Source of the DNA: a virus | Virus record (IMG/VR): IMGVR_UViG_3300036939_000049 | Location: 37,253 to 101,252 of that record | Reading direction: 5' to 3' (one strand) | Length of the DNA: 64,000 nt | In this document: positions 27,648 to 38,657 of the stretch, one piece after another | Numbering within the stretch: the first letter of the stretch is position 1 | How the letters are laid out: the number at the start of each line of letters is the position of its first letter | Notes under the pieces: generated by a model | Database searches by the model: none | What the model was told of the DNA's origin: nothing | Seen by the model: only the letters and a program-made list of their open reading frames with translations | Made by a program: the position numbers and the translations under genes

Positions 27648-30379
27648 ACGTTGAAGTTCTTTCTACTTGGTAAATTTGGATCTAAAATTTCACCCATAGG
27701 ATACCTATCCGGAATAAACAAGCGCTGCAAAGTTTGACCCTTGGGTTTACGCTCTTGTGCAGGGACGGCGGCTTTCTGTGTGGTATATCGCATGGGTGCA
27801 GCACGTTCTATCCCTAAATTAATACTACAGTTTCTCCCCAGTAAAATAGGTACGCCATTTTTAGAATCAATCAACACTTCTCGCGAAATGCTCAGAAGCC
27901 GCCTGTGTCGCACGGTATTATTCGCTGTATACGTAACGCGATCACCGGCACGCATGGTCATATTAAACTCAATGCTGAAGCTATCTTTCGTACCCCCAGT
28001 GATATTTTGAATAGTCAGGTCTGTCTGCGCCGCTGTCAATGCCTGATTTAAAGTCGTGGCGAAAGGATAGCTTAGACTCCCTCCTTCTACCTTGGCGTCT
28101 GGATTAATCCCACTACTGACGTAGTGCTCTATTTTGTTGGTTGCCGTCGCTCCGCTTTTGTTACTACTACCATTTGCGCCTTCTGGTTCTACTTTATCCC
28201 AGAGCGTTCGCCTTAAATGTGTTGGCGGTCGCCCGTAATTTTTCTCCCCTGTGCTCATCGCAAATGAATTAGCAAACTGGGCATCGCCCGACGAGTAATT
28301 CCTTTGGGTCACAATGTAGCTGTCTTGTTCGTCAAGTCGAGGTTGACCCGGTTGAAGCGTAGGGAGTGGAATATTGAAATTGTCTGTCTTCGTATTTACT
28401 GAAGGGGAGACTGTTACCCACTCCTCGTGATAGCTATCCTGTCCTGTAGTTAACGGCTGGCGTGGATCATCTGGTGGATCGTTTTCTGGATCAAGTCTAG
28501 CTGTGAAGGAACTTTCCCTTGTAATTTTCCGAACCACGAAAAATTCTTCTACCCAGCTAGGATCTTCTACTTGGGCATACTGGGATGTACCGTTAGGGAG
28601 ACATACTTTATAGGTTTCCACAGGACGCGGTGGCATGTCGTTGTAATAGTCACGCTTGGCTTCTAAGTAATATCGTTCTGCGCCAACCATCGGGTGCCAT
28701 CCAAAACGATGACATTGCAGGATTTCCCCCTCAATTTCATCTTGTGGGTCAAGTTTGACGGTTTCTAAGGACGTACTCTCTGACTTGTAGCGGCTGAGCA
28801 TCGACCCCACTAAATCCCAACCCAAATAGTATCCCGTATCTCGCGAAACACTAAATGAGCCGTCTATGTCCCAATAGTGCTTCTTTTTCCACTTCATGGT
28901 TAACTGCCAGCACCCAGAAGAAGCTCCTGTATTGTCAGTCTCCGCGTCACTTCCCGTGGCACCCACCAATATCCCACCATTGGTAAACATGTCTTCCCCG
29001 TAAAACACATAGCCGTACCTGAGAAAGCTACTCTCAACAGGTTGATCATCTTCGGTGATTTCAATTTCCTGTTCTTTGGTTGTACCTCCGCTATCAAACA
29101 CCAAGGAAATGTCTTTAAGCGGGCCTGTACCGGCAGGCGCAATACTGGGGTCATCAGCAGGTTTTGGGATTACTTTTCTTACAGGGACGTGCGCTTTCCA
29201 TCGCGGCTGCTGATATTCAGAATTAGCAGAGGTATCTTCCTTGTCTACATCTTCTGGGGATTCACTAAACTTCCCTTCTAGCTTCCGTTTGGGGTCGTAG
29301 CTAGTTACCCAAGGATAGATAGCAGTTGACTCAGAAAAAGGAATTGAAGGGGTAGCATCTGTAGGGTATGGATACGGAAGACTTTCTACTGGAGTTAAGT
29401 CCGGATGGGCGAACGTCTCTCCTATATTTAATACGCGGCGCTTTCTTCCGACCACAGACGTGGAAATTTCAGATTTTATTTGGGACATCTCTAGGTAATG
29501 TCCTCCTACCCCTGCAAGATTACGGACTTCTACTGCTCCCGGATGCGAATAATCTAAAAATCCCCCGAACATCCGTACCTGCTGCTGAGCCAAATTCATG
29601 AAGTTTCCTGACTCATTCCCTTCAGCCGCAATTGGAACTTGCATGTAGGGACCAATAAACCCATCACCGACTCGTGACGCCAATTCTTGAACACTGGTGT
29701 AGGCAGATGTCGCTTTTTTCTGCCCACCCCCTGGTAACTTCCCGGCACAATAAGGGTCAAGCTCTAAAGCAGGGCTTTGCGTTTGTATTGTTAGGCTACT
29801 CCCCCCTTTAAGAAGAATATCAAAATCGTAATTCTCGTGTCTTCCTCCCAACCCTACTTGTACGGCTATCTCGTGAATCCCGCCACTACTTTCAGTAAAG
29901 CTTAAGGAAGATACTCGAAACCCAATGCCAAACGCTGTAAACTCAGCTCCTTCACAAAGCAGCGTAATTACAGCATCCCGCATTCCCACCCAAGTCACGA
30001 AGTTAAAGCTACCCGATGGATGTCCCTCGAAGCTATCCGTCCAGCTAAAACTGCCCTGCATCGGAATCTGAGAAAAAATAGCTGGGTACGGCGGTGGAAG
30101 ATAAGAAAAATCTGTTTCTACGGTTTCTGCACCGCTACCTATGATTAATTCCCCAGCCACTACACCAGGCGCTACGGCGATACTAATCTCCCCTGTAGGT
30201 AACACTGCAAACTCCCCCGATTGAGGTGTAGGATTGGGAGTCTGAATGTAGGTGGCTCCAGCAATAGTGACTTGTTGCGGTACTACCCCTAAATCTACCG
30301 TGACTGTATTGTTGACGGGAGTAGGCAAGGACGCGATCGCGCTGTCTTGGAAGTCACCGATTAAGGTAAGCTGGGGCAT
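27644..30379 (-). CDS. Putative tail/baseplate hub protein
   Basis: 911 aa in the structural block; C-terminal MRAGDRVTY OB-like segment. Confidence 0.6.
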   Translation of the reverse strand: MPQLTLIGDFQDSAIASLPTPVNNTVTVDLGVVPQQVTIAGATYIQTPNPTPQSGEFAVLPTGEISIAVAPGVVAGELIIGSGAETVETDFSYLPPPYPAIFSQIPMQGSFSWTDSFEGHPSGSFNFVTWVGMRDAVITLLCEGAEFTAFGIGFRVSSLSFTESSGGIHEIAVQVGLGGRHENYDFDILLKGGSSLTIQTQSPALELDPYCAGKLPGGGQKKATSAYTSVQELASRVGDGFIGPYMQVPIAAEGNESGNFMNLAQQQVRMFGGFLDYSHPGAVEVRNLAGVGGHYLEMSQIKSEISTSVVGRKRRVLNIGETFAHPDLTPVESLPYPYPTDATPSIPFSESTAIYPWVTSYDPKRKLEGKFSESPEDVDKEDTSANSEYQQPRWKAHVPVRKVIPKPADDPSIAPAGTGPLKDISLVFDSGGTTKEQEIEITEDDQPVESSFLRYGYVFYGEDMFTNGGILVGATGSDAETDNTGASSGCWQLTMKWKKKHYWDIDGSFSVSRDTGYYLGWDLVGSMLSRYKSESTSLETVKLDPQDEIEGEILQCHRFGWHPMVGAERYYLEAKRDYYNDMPPRPVETYKVCLPNGTSQYAQVEDPSWVEEFFVVRKITRESSFTARLDPENDPPDDPRQPLTTGQDSYHEEWVTVSPSVNTKTDNFNIPLPTLQPGQPRLDEQDSYIVTQRNYSSGDAQFANSFAMSTGEKNYGRPPTHLRRTLWDKVEPEGANGSSNKSGATATNKIEHYVSSGINPDAKVEGGSLSYPFATTLNQALTAAQTDLTIQNITGGTKDSFSIEFNMTMRAGDRVTYTANNTVRHRRLLSISREVLIDSKNGVPILLGRNCSINLGIERAAPMRYTTQKAAVPAQERKPKGQTLQRLFIPDRYPMGEILDPNLPSRKNFNV

Positions 30380-30599
30380 GGAATGTACACGAAAAGTTTA
30401 CACGACTTGGCGCGATCTCGTAGTAATATAATAAGTGATCGCACCCCACCTCCAATTTTTCCGGACGACGATCTCTACCCGATTTTTGCTGATTAATCAG
30501 CAAAAATTGAAAGTCAATCTCCGCCAGGAATCCAGCATTTTCAAAAGCTGCTTTCTTATTATTTTTTCGACTATAACCAAACCGCAACCACGATGTAAA

Positions 30600-30923
30600 C
30601 TATTCGTGTACAAAAACTGCAAGCTTTAAAGTTTTCTGTTCAGTATCCCAGTAAAACTCTCCTGGCTGCGGTTCCCCTAAACTTCGAGTGTACCTGCGAC
30701 CCATGTACTCGATCGCGTCCAGCCTTTTTATCCTCAACCCTTTCACACTCACTTCAATTACGTGTGTTGTAGGGGTAGGGATAGGGAGTGATATGGATTT
30801 ATTACCTTCAAGACCGATTACGGCAATCAGTGCCCCGTAACACTCTTTCCCCGTCCCTAGTTCAAAATGCGCTGAGCTTAGGGCGTTGTTTGTTTCGTTG
30901 TTGGAACCTTCGAGTGTGAACAC
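30600..30923 (-). CDS. Hypothetical structural-block protein
   Basis: PQPGEFY resembles PQSGEFA in the next gene. Ends on a 19-bp motif copy. Confidence 0.6.
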   Translation of the reverse strand: MFTLEGSNNETNNALSSAHFELGTGKECYGALIAVIGLEGNKSISLPIPTPTTHVIEVSVKGLRIKRLDAIEYMGRRYTRSLGEPQPGEFYWDTEQKTLKLAVFVHE

Positions 30924-33900
30924 GTTTGAATGCCGCCAGCGTCTGTTTTCTCTTAAATCCTACAACTTCCATTTCACTTTCTACCTGCAATCGGCGTGCT
31001 CGAATCAATTCCAGCGCTGTCGCTATTTCAATGTAATTTATTGGAGTTTGACTAGTAGCTTTCCCGTCTTCCACCTGTGCTACATACTCACGCCAATTCA
31101 GCGTAGCAAGCTGTTCATCAATAAGCATTCCTAGTGTGTCGCGCACCCAAGGCAATTCTTCAAATTCATTGGTTAAGTCTTGTGCAATTATACGTCGGCG
31201 CACTCGCTGCAAGCTCTTTTGAACCCCAGGCTGACCTGTGTAGCCTTTGAAACCAGGCTCTAATTCATAATTAGGTGCACTCTCATCAAACAAGTCTACG
31301 ACTCGGTAATCTATTCGAGCTTGTAAAAGGTCTGGGACTAACACAATTTTCATCCCTACATCCTTCCGCATTTTTTTGTTAAACTGCTCTAGGCTTTTCA
31401 GGATAGTCTTTGGCACCTGACGCCCTTTAATTTTTTCGGGATTATTCGGATTACCCCATAATTGCTGTTTCTTGGTAGCCAATTCCTGCTCTTTTGTCAG
31501 TAGCCTTACCCGTCTCCTATAAGCATCCAATGCGCCCGTTGTGGCGGCATCTCGCAATGTCTTCTGTTCTGATTCGTTCAACCCATTGATAAACGCCTGT
31601 TCTCCTGCGGTAGGGGTGCGCTCTCCTTTGTAAACTTTTTCAATCCCTTTGGAGTCGGCTGTACTGAGTGGTGCTAGTTTTGCCCAGATGGGAGTTAATT
31701 CATCGCGTCGTCTTGCGATTAGCCGCCCCACCTCTTGTTTGACTCCATTCAATTGAGTACGAATCGCATCCGCACTTAGTTGCTGCCCTCGATACTCAAA
31801 CAGCGTGGGTTGCTGACTGTCTCTAATTAATAGCGCTCTCACTCGCTGTAGTTCAATAATCCTGGCGTCATATTCCTCAACTTGAGATGCAGCCCCCACT
31901 CGTAACTGTTGGATAGTTGCCCATGTAGGAGTCTTTAATAGTTCAACGTAAGCCACTGGGTCAAGCCGTCGCAGCTGTTCCATATCCGCCGCAACAGCAT
32001 TTGCTAATTCTTGAATTTCTACTGAGGTCTGGTTTCGAGTATTCAACAAGTCCTGAAGTGACGCATCTACACTAGCCAAGCGCGATCGCGTCACCACTTC
32101 CGGTAATGGAGGGCTTCCCGCTCCGCCTGGATTAATTACCAATTCAATACGCTGCACGTAGCTATAAGGGAATCCGGAACCCAATGTTCCATTGCTAGTA
32201 ATTAGAGCAGCTGCTCTGTTAATTGCCGTCCTTCGTTGCTTCAGTGCGTCATCCAGTAATCGACCTTGAATTTCTTCTTGTGGGAGCGTCGGGGCTGGTG
32301 GAGGGGTTAACCCCGGTTCGTTTGGAGCCGCAGGTAAGGCGGCAACATCGCGTAGTGCTTGAGTTTGTTTTATAGAACCCATAACATTTGCCATCCCTGT
32401 AAGTGGGTCTGACAATCTTCTTAATGCTGCCAGTTGTTCATCAATTCCTTGGACGCTCAAGTTGATTATATTCTGGGCATGCTCTAATCCCTGCCGTCGC
32501 TCTCGCTCGTATAGCGTCTCTCCTTGCGGAGCTTGCATTGGGGTAACAGTATTGGTGTACTGCTCTACCGTAGAATCTAAATAGCTGCGCGATTTTTGTA
32601 GCCTTTTTTGTAAAGCCGATACATTTCGATCCAATCCCAGATTTGCGCCTTTAATGCGATCGCGCACAGCCTTAGCCTCTACAAATTCTTCCTGCTGCTG
32701 GGGGGCGAGTTCATCAAATGTGAGTGGAAGATTGTCAAGCCTTGCCTGTAATCCTTGAAATCTTTCTTGGGTTTGACTCAGGTAATCGACTAATTCTGGT
32801 CGTTTTAAATTTCGTGCGTTCTGTAAAACGTCATCGACAGCTTGAATCTGTCCGTCGATACTGGTAATGACGGCATTAGCATTAACTTCTCCTACGGACG
32901 TCTTTAAATTATTAAGGCGACCTACTAGCTGCTGAACTTCGGCATAATACCCTCCTAATTCTTGCGGAGTTAATTTTTGCAATGTTGCTACTTGAGTATC
33001 TAAGCTCTGCATTAATTGATTGCGGTCACCACGTAATGTCGTGTTTAATGCTTCGTCAATAACAATGCGTGATCGCGTTCGTAATGCCAGCAATTCTTCT
33101 TTACGCTTTTCTAATTCCCCTCGCACAATATCGGGAAGTGTTAAGCCATCACTAATAATCTTTAGCCCTTGCCGAATACTGCTTCTAGAAAATTGGATTG
33201 TATTTTTAATTTCTTGAGTTAGTTGTCCGTTCTGTTTAAATAATGGGTCGGCTAACGGGTCATCAACGTCTTGTAGTCTAGATTCAATGTTAGTGATACT
33301 TAACTCAACTGAATTTGCCAATTGATTTAAAGCCGCAGCATTAACTTCAGTCCCAATTGCGGTGTTTGTAGCTTTTTCAATTGAACGCTGAGCTGAATTA
33401 AAAAGCTGAGTTTTATATTTACCCAGTTTTAACCCGCCCCCTAAAATTCCTTGTTTAGGCATTCGGGCGTCGTTAACTGTCTTGGTAATATTTCTTTGAT
33501 AATCAGTAACCTGACCCAAAACCTCTGAATATTCATTGAAAGCATTATCTCGCCGTCGGCGTTGGTTATCTTCTGCGCTGGGTACAGCTATCACGCGATT
33601 ACTGGGGGTCGTGGATTGCACCCTATTAGGAATTCCCAGGATGTTGGGTGGCATCGTCGGCTGTTGAGCTGGTGATAACGACGTCTGATTTGGAGGTAAT
33701 GCGGGGGGTATTGTTCCTGAAGGTAGCTGAGGCTGAACAATTCCGGCGGCAGGAGCTTGTGCGGACGGAATTGCACTTCCTATCCCTACCCCCTGAGGTT
33801 GCACCCCACCCACAGGTTGAGTGGGAGGAACAGGCATAAGGTAAATTCGTCCTGCCAATTGTTCTCGAATTCGATTTTTCGTTTCTTCTGTAAACTGAAG

Positions 33901-36624
33901 CCGACCTTCACGTTCTATTCTTTGGCTTACACGCTTAATCAAATCCTCAACGGCGTCTACCCCTGGTTGCCCAAACTGCCCTTTGTCTCGAAATTCTTGA
34001 ACAACCACGCTTGCCAACTTCGGACCAATATCCAACGTCGCGGCAATTAACTCAGTCCCTTCTTTATCCCCTACTTGCAGTAGCAGGTTATTCAAGTTCT
34101 GGGTGTAATTACGCGCCAGCATATTCCGAACGGTAATTTTCCCCACTCCTGGAATAGCTGCCAATTCTTCTAGATTAGTGATTGGCGTACCTAAGCCAGA
34201 CATGCGCCGCAAAGACGTGTAAATTGTCTGCGCGATCGCGCTACGCCGACTTAAGCTCATCCCCGCAGGCAGCAATCTGGCAATCTCATCTACTGTCGCC
34301 GTATTCAAATTCACCCCACCAACCATCAACTCTCCTGGCAGACCATCTACCCTAGCAGGTGGCAATCCCAACACATTCTGTACTCGCTGTTCAATAGCGC
34401 TCTGCACACCTTGGGCTTGCCGCTCTACAGCGGCCAAATCTGGAATGCTGCTATACAGAGACCTTAACTGTCCCATAATTCCAGCTTGAGACTGTGCCAC
34501 TTGAGCGCTAAACGTTCCGGGCGTTCCATACACCTGCTGATACAAGACATCTACGACGTGGGCATAATCTCGCTGGCGCTGTAATAGCTTGATCACAGCC
34601 AAGTACCGTTCGCGATCACTCATCGCTTCATACCGCGTCCCAACCTGCTTACTCAATGCCTCGCGAATATTAATGCCTGTTAAATTCAGTCTTTGCAAAT
34701 AATCTCGATAATCTCGCCCCGTCAATCGATTTGCTAGTTCCTGAGCTTTCCTACTAGGTGTAGCCGCAGGTCTAGGTTCTGGCAGACGTTTCCCTCGTCC
34801 CTGCTCTTGAACTATTTCCCCCCTAGCCCGCAAAATCATTCGAGCTAAATCCTGTAAAGTTAAATCACGCAAATTTCCAGCCTGCCTCAATCCTGGGAAC
34901 TGACTCAAAAAATCAGGCTCCAAGAAAAACTGAGGAACCAACGCCTGTTCTGGAGGGATTATGCGATCGCGCTCGTACTGCTTCCTTAATTCCTCCAAGT
35001 TTTCAGCCTCAGCAATTGTTAACCCATAGATAGTCTGTAGCGAGGTTTTGTTGACTATTCTTAAGTCCAATCTTGATGGTAGCTTGGCAAGTGTTTGCAG
35101 CTGTTCAGGCTCGGTCAGAATTTCCGCCGGAACTATCGGACGCGATTGCACTTCCTCGACTTGCCTCGCCCGTTCTAAATCCGTATTTACCTGCTGCAAC
35201 ATTTGCTCTCCCAACCCACTAGGTTGAGTAGGGGTAATACCCTGAACCTGCATCCCCGGCTGTCCCCCTTGTTGCTGCATCCGTTGAGCTTGTCCGCGCA
35301 TAATCATGTACAGCACCCCCAATGATAGTGCTGTACCTCCGGTCACCATCAGTGCCCGCGCCAGTCTCCTCGCCTGCTCCTGCTTTTGCCTCTCCTCTTC
35401 TTGCTGCCTCTGCAACTGCTGCCGCTGAATATCTTCTACTCCCCGCCTGGTCGCTTGAGCTGCACTCGTGATCGCGACTGTCACTCCCAACACATTCTTC
35501 AGTGAGTTCCATGCCCCCTTAAGTGGCTCAATCTGCCTATTCTCCAAACTACGACCAGGGTCAGCCGCCATATCTGCATCTTTCTTCCGACGTTCTACTA
35601 ATGCCACCCAGAAACAGCGATCTGACGGATGGCAGGGTATTACAAGTTGTGTAGGGTCAATACGTTGTTTAAAAGCAAACTGATGTTGTGCTAACAAAGT
35701 ATCTAGCTCAATCACAATTCCGTTACGAGTCCGACATCTCCTACACACTCGCAAATCTTCTAGGGTCTGCCACCTTACCCGTTTAACCCCAGCTTGGATA
35801 TAAACCTGCAATCGGCTTAAGCTATATGCGGCACCTACCTCTGTTTCCGCTACAGCCTTCGCCCGACTCCGAAACGTCTGCGTATTGGGTACTCTCAACG
35901 AAGTCCTGACTAATTTCTCCCCGATCGCGACATCTGGATCTTTAATCTCCTCCAAACTCTGACGTCCCAGTGCCAGATTAATTTGTTGCAGAAGCTTGGC
36001 GCGATCGCGTTTCGGTATTCCCGCCGCACCGTGCTGGGACACCGCATTCATCACCGAAGCTTGGATGCGATCTCGTGTCTTGTCGTTTACGTCATTTGCC
36101 AAATACAACACCCGCTGCTCTACCGCACCTTGTAAGTCAGTATTTCGTAATGGGTAACCGTAATTTGGTGGGTAGGCTGTGTAAAACGGTTCTTGTGGGT
36201 AATCGGGTAACGGGTAATCCGCAAACTCAGCTCGACTAAAGTTACGCTCGTTAGCCGCTTCTTGAGTCGCAATATTCAACCCTTTCACCGCATGGAAACA
36301 TCCCACGTCCCAAGTATCATTCCATAGACCCTGTAACAACCCTTGGAAATTCCCGTTTAGTTGCCAAGGGGTTTTTTCAATGAGTGCGCGATCGCCCTTC
36401 TCTAATGCAGGCTCTACTTTCTTCCACCACTGATCCGTACTGGTATATCCTACGGTGGTTAGTAATCCCGTGTACCGCGACTCCCGACTATCTAGCGCCT
36501 CAGCAATCTCTTCTTTAGGTAAAATAGGCTCATCATCTGGATACGGAATTGGTTCTTCGTCCTGGAACTGAGCAAGGACAGGGGAAAAAGTAGAGTCAAA
36601 CATGGAAGATAACAAACCAAGCAC
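30862..36624 (-). CDS. Giant phage head morphogenesis (Mu F / SPP1 gp7-like) protein with helix-hairpin-helix and coiled-coil regions
   Basis: RAKAVAETE..AY..W...ED..VC..C...HPSDRC MuF signature. VNLNTAT..EI and LEELAAIPGVG are ComEA-like HhH motifs. Confidence 0.75.
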   Translation of the reverse strand: MLGLLSSMFDSTFSPVLAQFQDEEPIPYPDDEPILPKEEIAEALDSRESRYTGLLTTVGYTSTDQWWKKVEPALEKGDRALIEKTPWQLNGNFQGLLQGLWNDTWDVGCFHAVKGLNIATQEAANERNFSRAEFADYPLPDYPQEPFYTAYPPNYGYPLRNTDLQGAVEQRVLYLANDVNDKTRDRIQASVMNAVSQHGAAGIPKRDRAKLLQQINLALGRQSLEEIKDPDVAIGEKLVRTSLRVPNTQTFRSRAKAVAETEVGAAYSLSRLQVYIQAGVKRVRWQTLEDLRVCRRCRTRNGIVIELDTLLAQHQFAFKQRIDPTQLVIPCHPSDRCFWVALVERRKKDADMAADPGRSLENRQIEPLKGAWNSLKNVLGVTVAITSAAQATRRGVEDIQRQQLQRQQEEERQKQEQARRLARALMVTGGTALSLGVLYMIMRGQAQRMQQQGGQPGMQVQGITPTQPSGLGEQMLQQVNTDLERARQVEEVQSRPIVPAEILTEPEQLQTLAKLPSRLDLRIVNKTSLQTIYGLTIAEAENLEELRKQYERDRIIPPEQALVPQFFLEPDFLSQFPGLRQAGNLRDLTLQDLARMILRARGEIVQEQGRGKRLPEPRPAATPSRKAQELANRLTGRDYRDYLQRLNLTGINIREALSKQVGTRYEAMSDRERYLAVIKLLQRQRDYAHVVDVLYQQVYGTPGTFSAQVAQSQAGIMGQLRSLYSSIPDLAAVERQAQGVQSAIEQRVQNVLGLPPARVDGLPGELMVGGVNLNTATVDEIARLLPAGMSLSRRSAIAQTIYTSLRRMSGLGTPITNLEELAAIPGVGKITVRNMLARNYTQNLNNLLLQVGDKEGTELIAATLDIGPKLASVVVQEFRDKGQFGQPGVDAVEDLIKRVSQRIEREGRLQFTEETKNRIREQLAGRIYLMPVPPTQPVGGVQPQGVGIGSAIPSAQAPAAGIVQPQLPSGTIPPALPPNQTSLSPAQQPTMPPNILGIPNRVQSTTPSNRVIAVPSAEDNQRRRRDNAFNEYSEVLGQVTDYQRNITKTVNDARMPKQGILGGGLKLGKYKTQLFNSAQRSIEKATNTAIGTEVNAAALNQLANSVELSITNIESRLQDVDDPLADPLFKQNGQLTQEIKNTIQFSRSSIRQGLKIISDGLTLPDIVRGELEKRKEELLALRTRSRIVIDEALNTTLRGDRNQLMQSLDTQVATLQKLTPQELGGYYAEVQQLVGRLNNLKTSVGEVNANAVITSIDGQIQAVDDVLQNARNLKRPELVDYLSQTQERFQGLQARLDNLPLTFDELAPQQQEEFVEAKAVRDRIKGANLGLDRNVSALQKRLQKSRSYLDSTVEQYTNTVTPMQAPQGETLYERERRQGLEHAQNIINLSVQGIDEQLAALRRLSDPLTGMANVMGSIKQTQALRDVAALPAAPNEPGLTPPPAPTLPQEEIQGRLLDDALKQRRTAINRAAALITSNGTLGSGFPYSYVQRIELVINPGGAGSPPLPEVVTRSRLASVDASLQDLLNTRNQTSVEIQELANAVAADMEQLRRLDPVAYVELLKTPTWATIQQLRVGAASQVEEYDARIIELQRVRALLIRDSQQPTLFEYRGQQLSADAIRTQLNGVKQEVGRLIARRRDELTPIWAKLAPLSTADSKGIEKVYKGERTPTAGEQAFINGLNESEQKTLRDAATTGALDAYRRRVRLLTKEQELATKKQQLWGNPNNPEKIKGRQVPKTILKSLEQFNKKMRKDVGMKIVLVPDLLQARIDYRVVDLFDESAPNYELEPGFKGYTGQPGVQKSLQRVRRRIIAQDLTNEFEELPWVRDTLGMLIDEQLATLNWREYVAQVEDGKATSQTPINYIEIATALELIRARRLQVESEMEVVGFKRKQTLAAFKRVHTRRFQQRNKQRPKLSAF

Positions 36625-36834
36625 TTATAACCCAGATCTTTATGTTATCGAAGGGTACACCGATGGTTCTAGGTATCATAAAAACGTTGGTGCGATTCAA
36701 TGGTACTTCACAGTCATAGTGTCTTTCCCTTTGCGGTTTTTACCATTATTTAAGCACTATAAATACGTTTATCAACGCAATAAAGTGTTGATTTTTCGTA
36801 GCAAACAAGAAGTTAATTTTTAAATTATTGAAGC

Positions 36835-37491
36835 ATGGCTAATCCTCTGTCCGACAAGCAAAAAGCTACCAATTGGGAAACGCTGAAACATATTGAAATG
36901 GTTATGCAGCTGCTTGCTGTGATGCAGCATGAAATCTCCAAACGGATGTTTAGTCATGATCGCTCAAAACTTGAGTCTCCAGAACTGGAGATGTTTGAGC
37001 AATTTACAGACAGGCTTGCAGGATTGACGTATGGAAGCGACGAATACAAGCAATGTCTAGACGAAATGAAGCGATCTGCACTTCAGCATCACTATGAGAA
37101 TAATCGGCACCACCCTGAATTTTTTGCAGGGTGTCAAAAAGATGTGGACGCGATCACACAATGCAAAAGCGTGCTGACAGGATTAAAACAAATACAAGTT
37201 TCCTACCCTGAAGATGAATATGTTTTCGGTTATGCTAGTGACATCATTGAGGCTCATAAGCAGACCCTAGAAAGTAATGTCAATGGCATGAACCTTATTG
37301 ATATTTTGGAAATGATCTGCGATTGGGAAGCAGCGACTCTTAGGCATGATGATGGGGATATCTATCGTAGCTTAGAAATTAATAAGACACGATTCGGGCT
37401 TTCACCCCAGTTGGTTTCTATAATTCTCAATACTGTTCCGTTGCTCAATAGCATTTACAGTGCTAAAACCCAGAAGTACCTCAATCAATGA
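36835..37491 (+). CDS. DUF5662-like / HD-like protein
   Basis: HDRSKL..HHY..NRHHPE..EMICDW. Confidence 0.75.
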   Translation: MANPLSDKQKATNWETLKHIEMVMQLLAVMQHEISKRMFSHDRSKLESPELEMFEQFTDRLAGLTYGSDEYKQCLDEMKRSALQHHYENNRHHPEFFAGCQKDVDAITQCKSVLTGLKQIQVSYPEDEYVFGYASDIIEAHKQTLESNVNGMNLIDILEMICDWEAATLRHDDGDIYRSLEINKTRFGLSPQLVSIILNTVPLLNSIYSAKTQKYLNQ

Positions 37492-37796
37492 GCAAAGTTG
37501 AACCAATTGCGGCAGGTAATCAAATTGTCGCATACGCATTTTACTGCCCTGGCTGCAAAAACAATCATGCGCCGTACATCAAGCCTTATCAAGCGCCTAA
37601 TGGTTCCTCTTGGCAATTTAACGGAGACTTAGAAAGTCCAACATTCAATCCATCAATCTTGACTAAGGTTGAACGTTCCGACAAAACTAAAACCATGATT
37701 TGTCATCTGTTTGTCAAAGATGGGTGGATTCAGTATTTGTCAGACTGCACTCATGAATTAGCAGGGCAAACCATAGAAATGTTAGACGTTGATTAG
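37488..37796 (+). CDS. DUF6527-like Cys/His protein
   Basis: CPGC..H..WQFNGD..PTFNPSIL..CH..DG.I.YLSDCTH.LAG. Confidence 0.75.
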   Translation: MSKVEPIAAGNQIVAYAFYCPGCKNNHAPYIKPYQAPNGSSWQFNGDLESPTFNPSILTKVERSDKTKTMICHLFVKDGWIQYLSDCTHELAGQTIEMLDVD

Positions 37797-38006
37797 AGAA
37801 ATGCGATCGCATGAATGAAAATGACAAAGAGAGCGAAGAGGATATTAGGCGTCGAGTAATTGGTTACTGTTTGGTCTGCGGCAGTGATGAGCTTTTGGTG
37901 TTAGAAGGTCTAGTTAAATGCCTTGCATGCAACCAGACCTACACTGTTGAATATTTTTTGGTTCATCTAAAAAATAAATGGAGGGCGTGATCGCGTATGG
38001 CTAAAA

Positions 38007-38524
38007 GTGACATCTCCTACACCAACCTGAGTACAGGTATGGTGTCGGCTTCCAAGACAATCCGGCTATCGCTTAGGAGACTCTTGGCTTTATTAACGAC
38101 ACGGGATGCCCCACCGCGCCGGAACAATACAAAAGATATGTTCTGTCCTTTGTACTGCTGGAATTTTACCCGTCCACAGATACGACTATGGATAGCCTGT
38201 TACTGGACGGAACCCCATATTCCAGGTTGTCAAGGTTCAATGCACAGGAAGCGGTTAGCTTGTTTGATTAACCTGTACCATAAAATACTAGCATATCGAT
38301 ATGGTTTTTGCTAGCATGAGTCAGCTTAATATCAGACTGTCCGACCGAGAAAAACAGCATTTAGCAAAGTATTGCGAACATACAGAACGCAGTCAAAACG
38401 ATGTGGTTAGGGAACTCATCCGTCGTTTGTCAATCTCAGGGGTGTTGAACCCCCTCGATTAACCGCCTATCCATCCCACGCCAACCTGAGTACAGGTATG
38501 GCGTGGGGCTTCCGGCGAAGAAAG
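38007..38524 (-). mobile_element. Non-autonomous IS200/IS605-family element without tnpA/tnpB
   Basis: 21-bp subterminal repeat ccaacctgagtacaggtatgg at 38022 and 38481, each within a hairpin. Minus-strand end ...ATGTCAC. Removing it restores an ORF from 37997 to 38661. Confidence 0.7.
38316..38462 (+). CDS. Small ribbon-helix-helix protein inside the IS derivative
   Basis: MSQLNIRLSDREKQHLAKYCEHTERSQNDVVRELIRRL. Confidence 0.75.
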   Translation: MSQLNIRLSDREKQHLAKYCEHTERSQNDVVRELIRRLSISGVLNPLD

Positions 38525-38657
38525 CTAAAACAGGTGGAAGAATTCACTCTAGTGACTACCAGATAGGAAACGTCACAGGAATTAAGCTAGAGGACTGGAC
38601 GGGATCAGCAAATCAGACTCCCCCAGCAAGTAAAGAAGACTGCATAACGGCTGCTTA

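Noticed and set aside
37997-38314. 105-aa ORF from the ORF track
   Set aside because: It is the start of an interrupted gene reading into the IS derivative.
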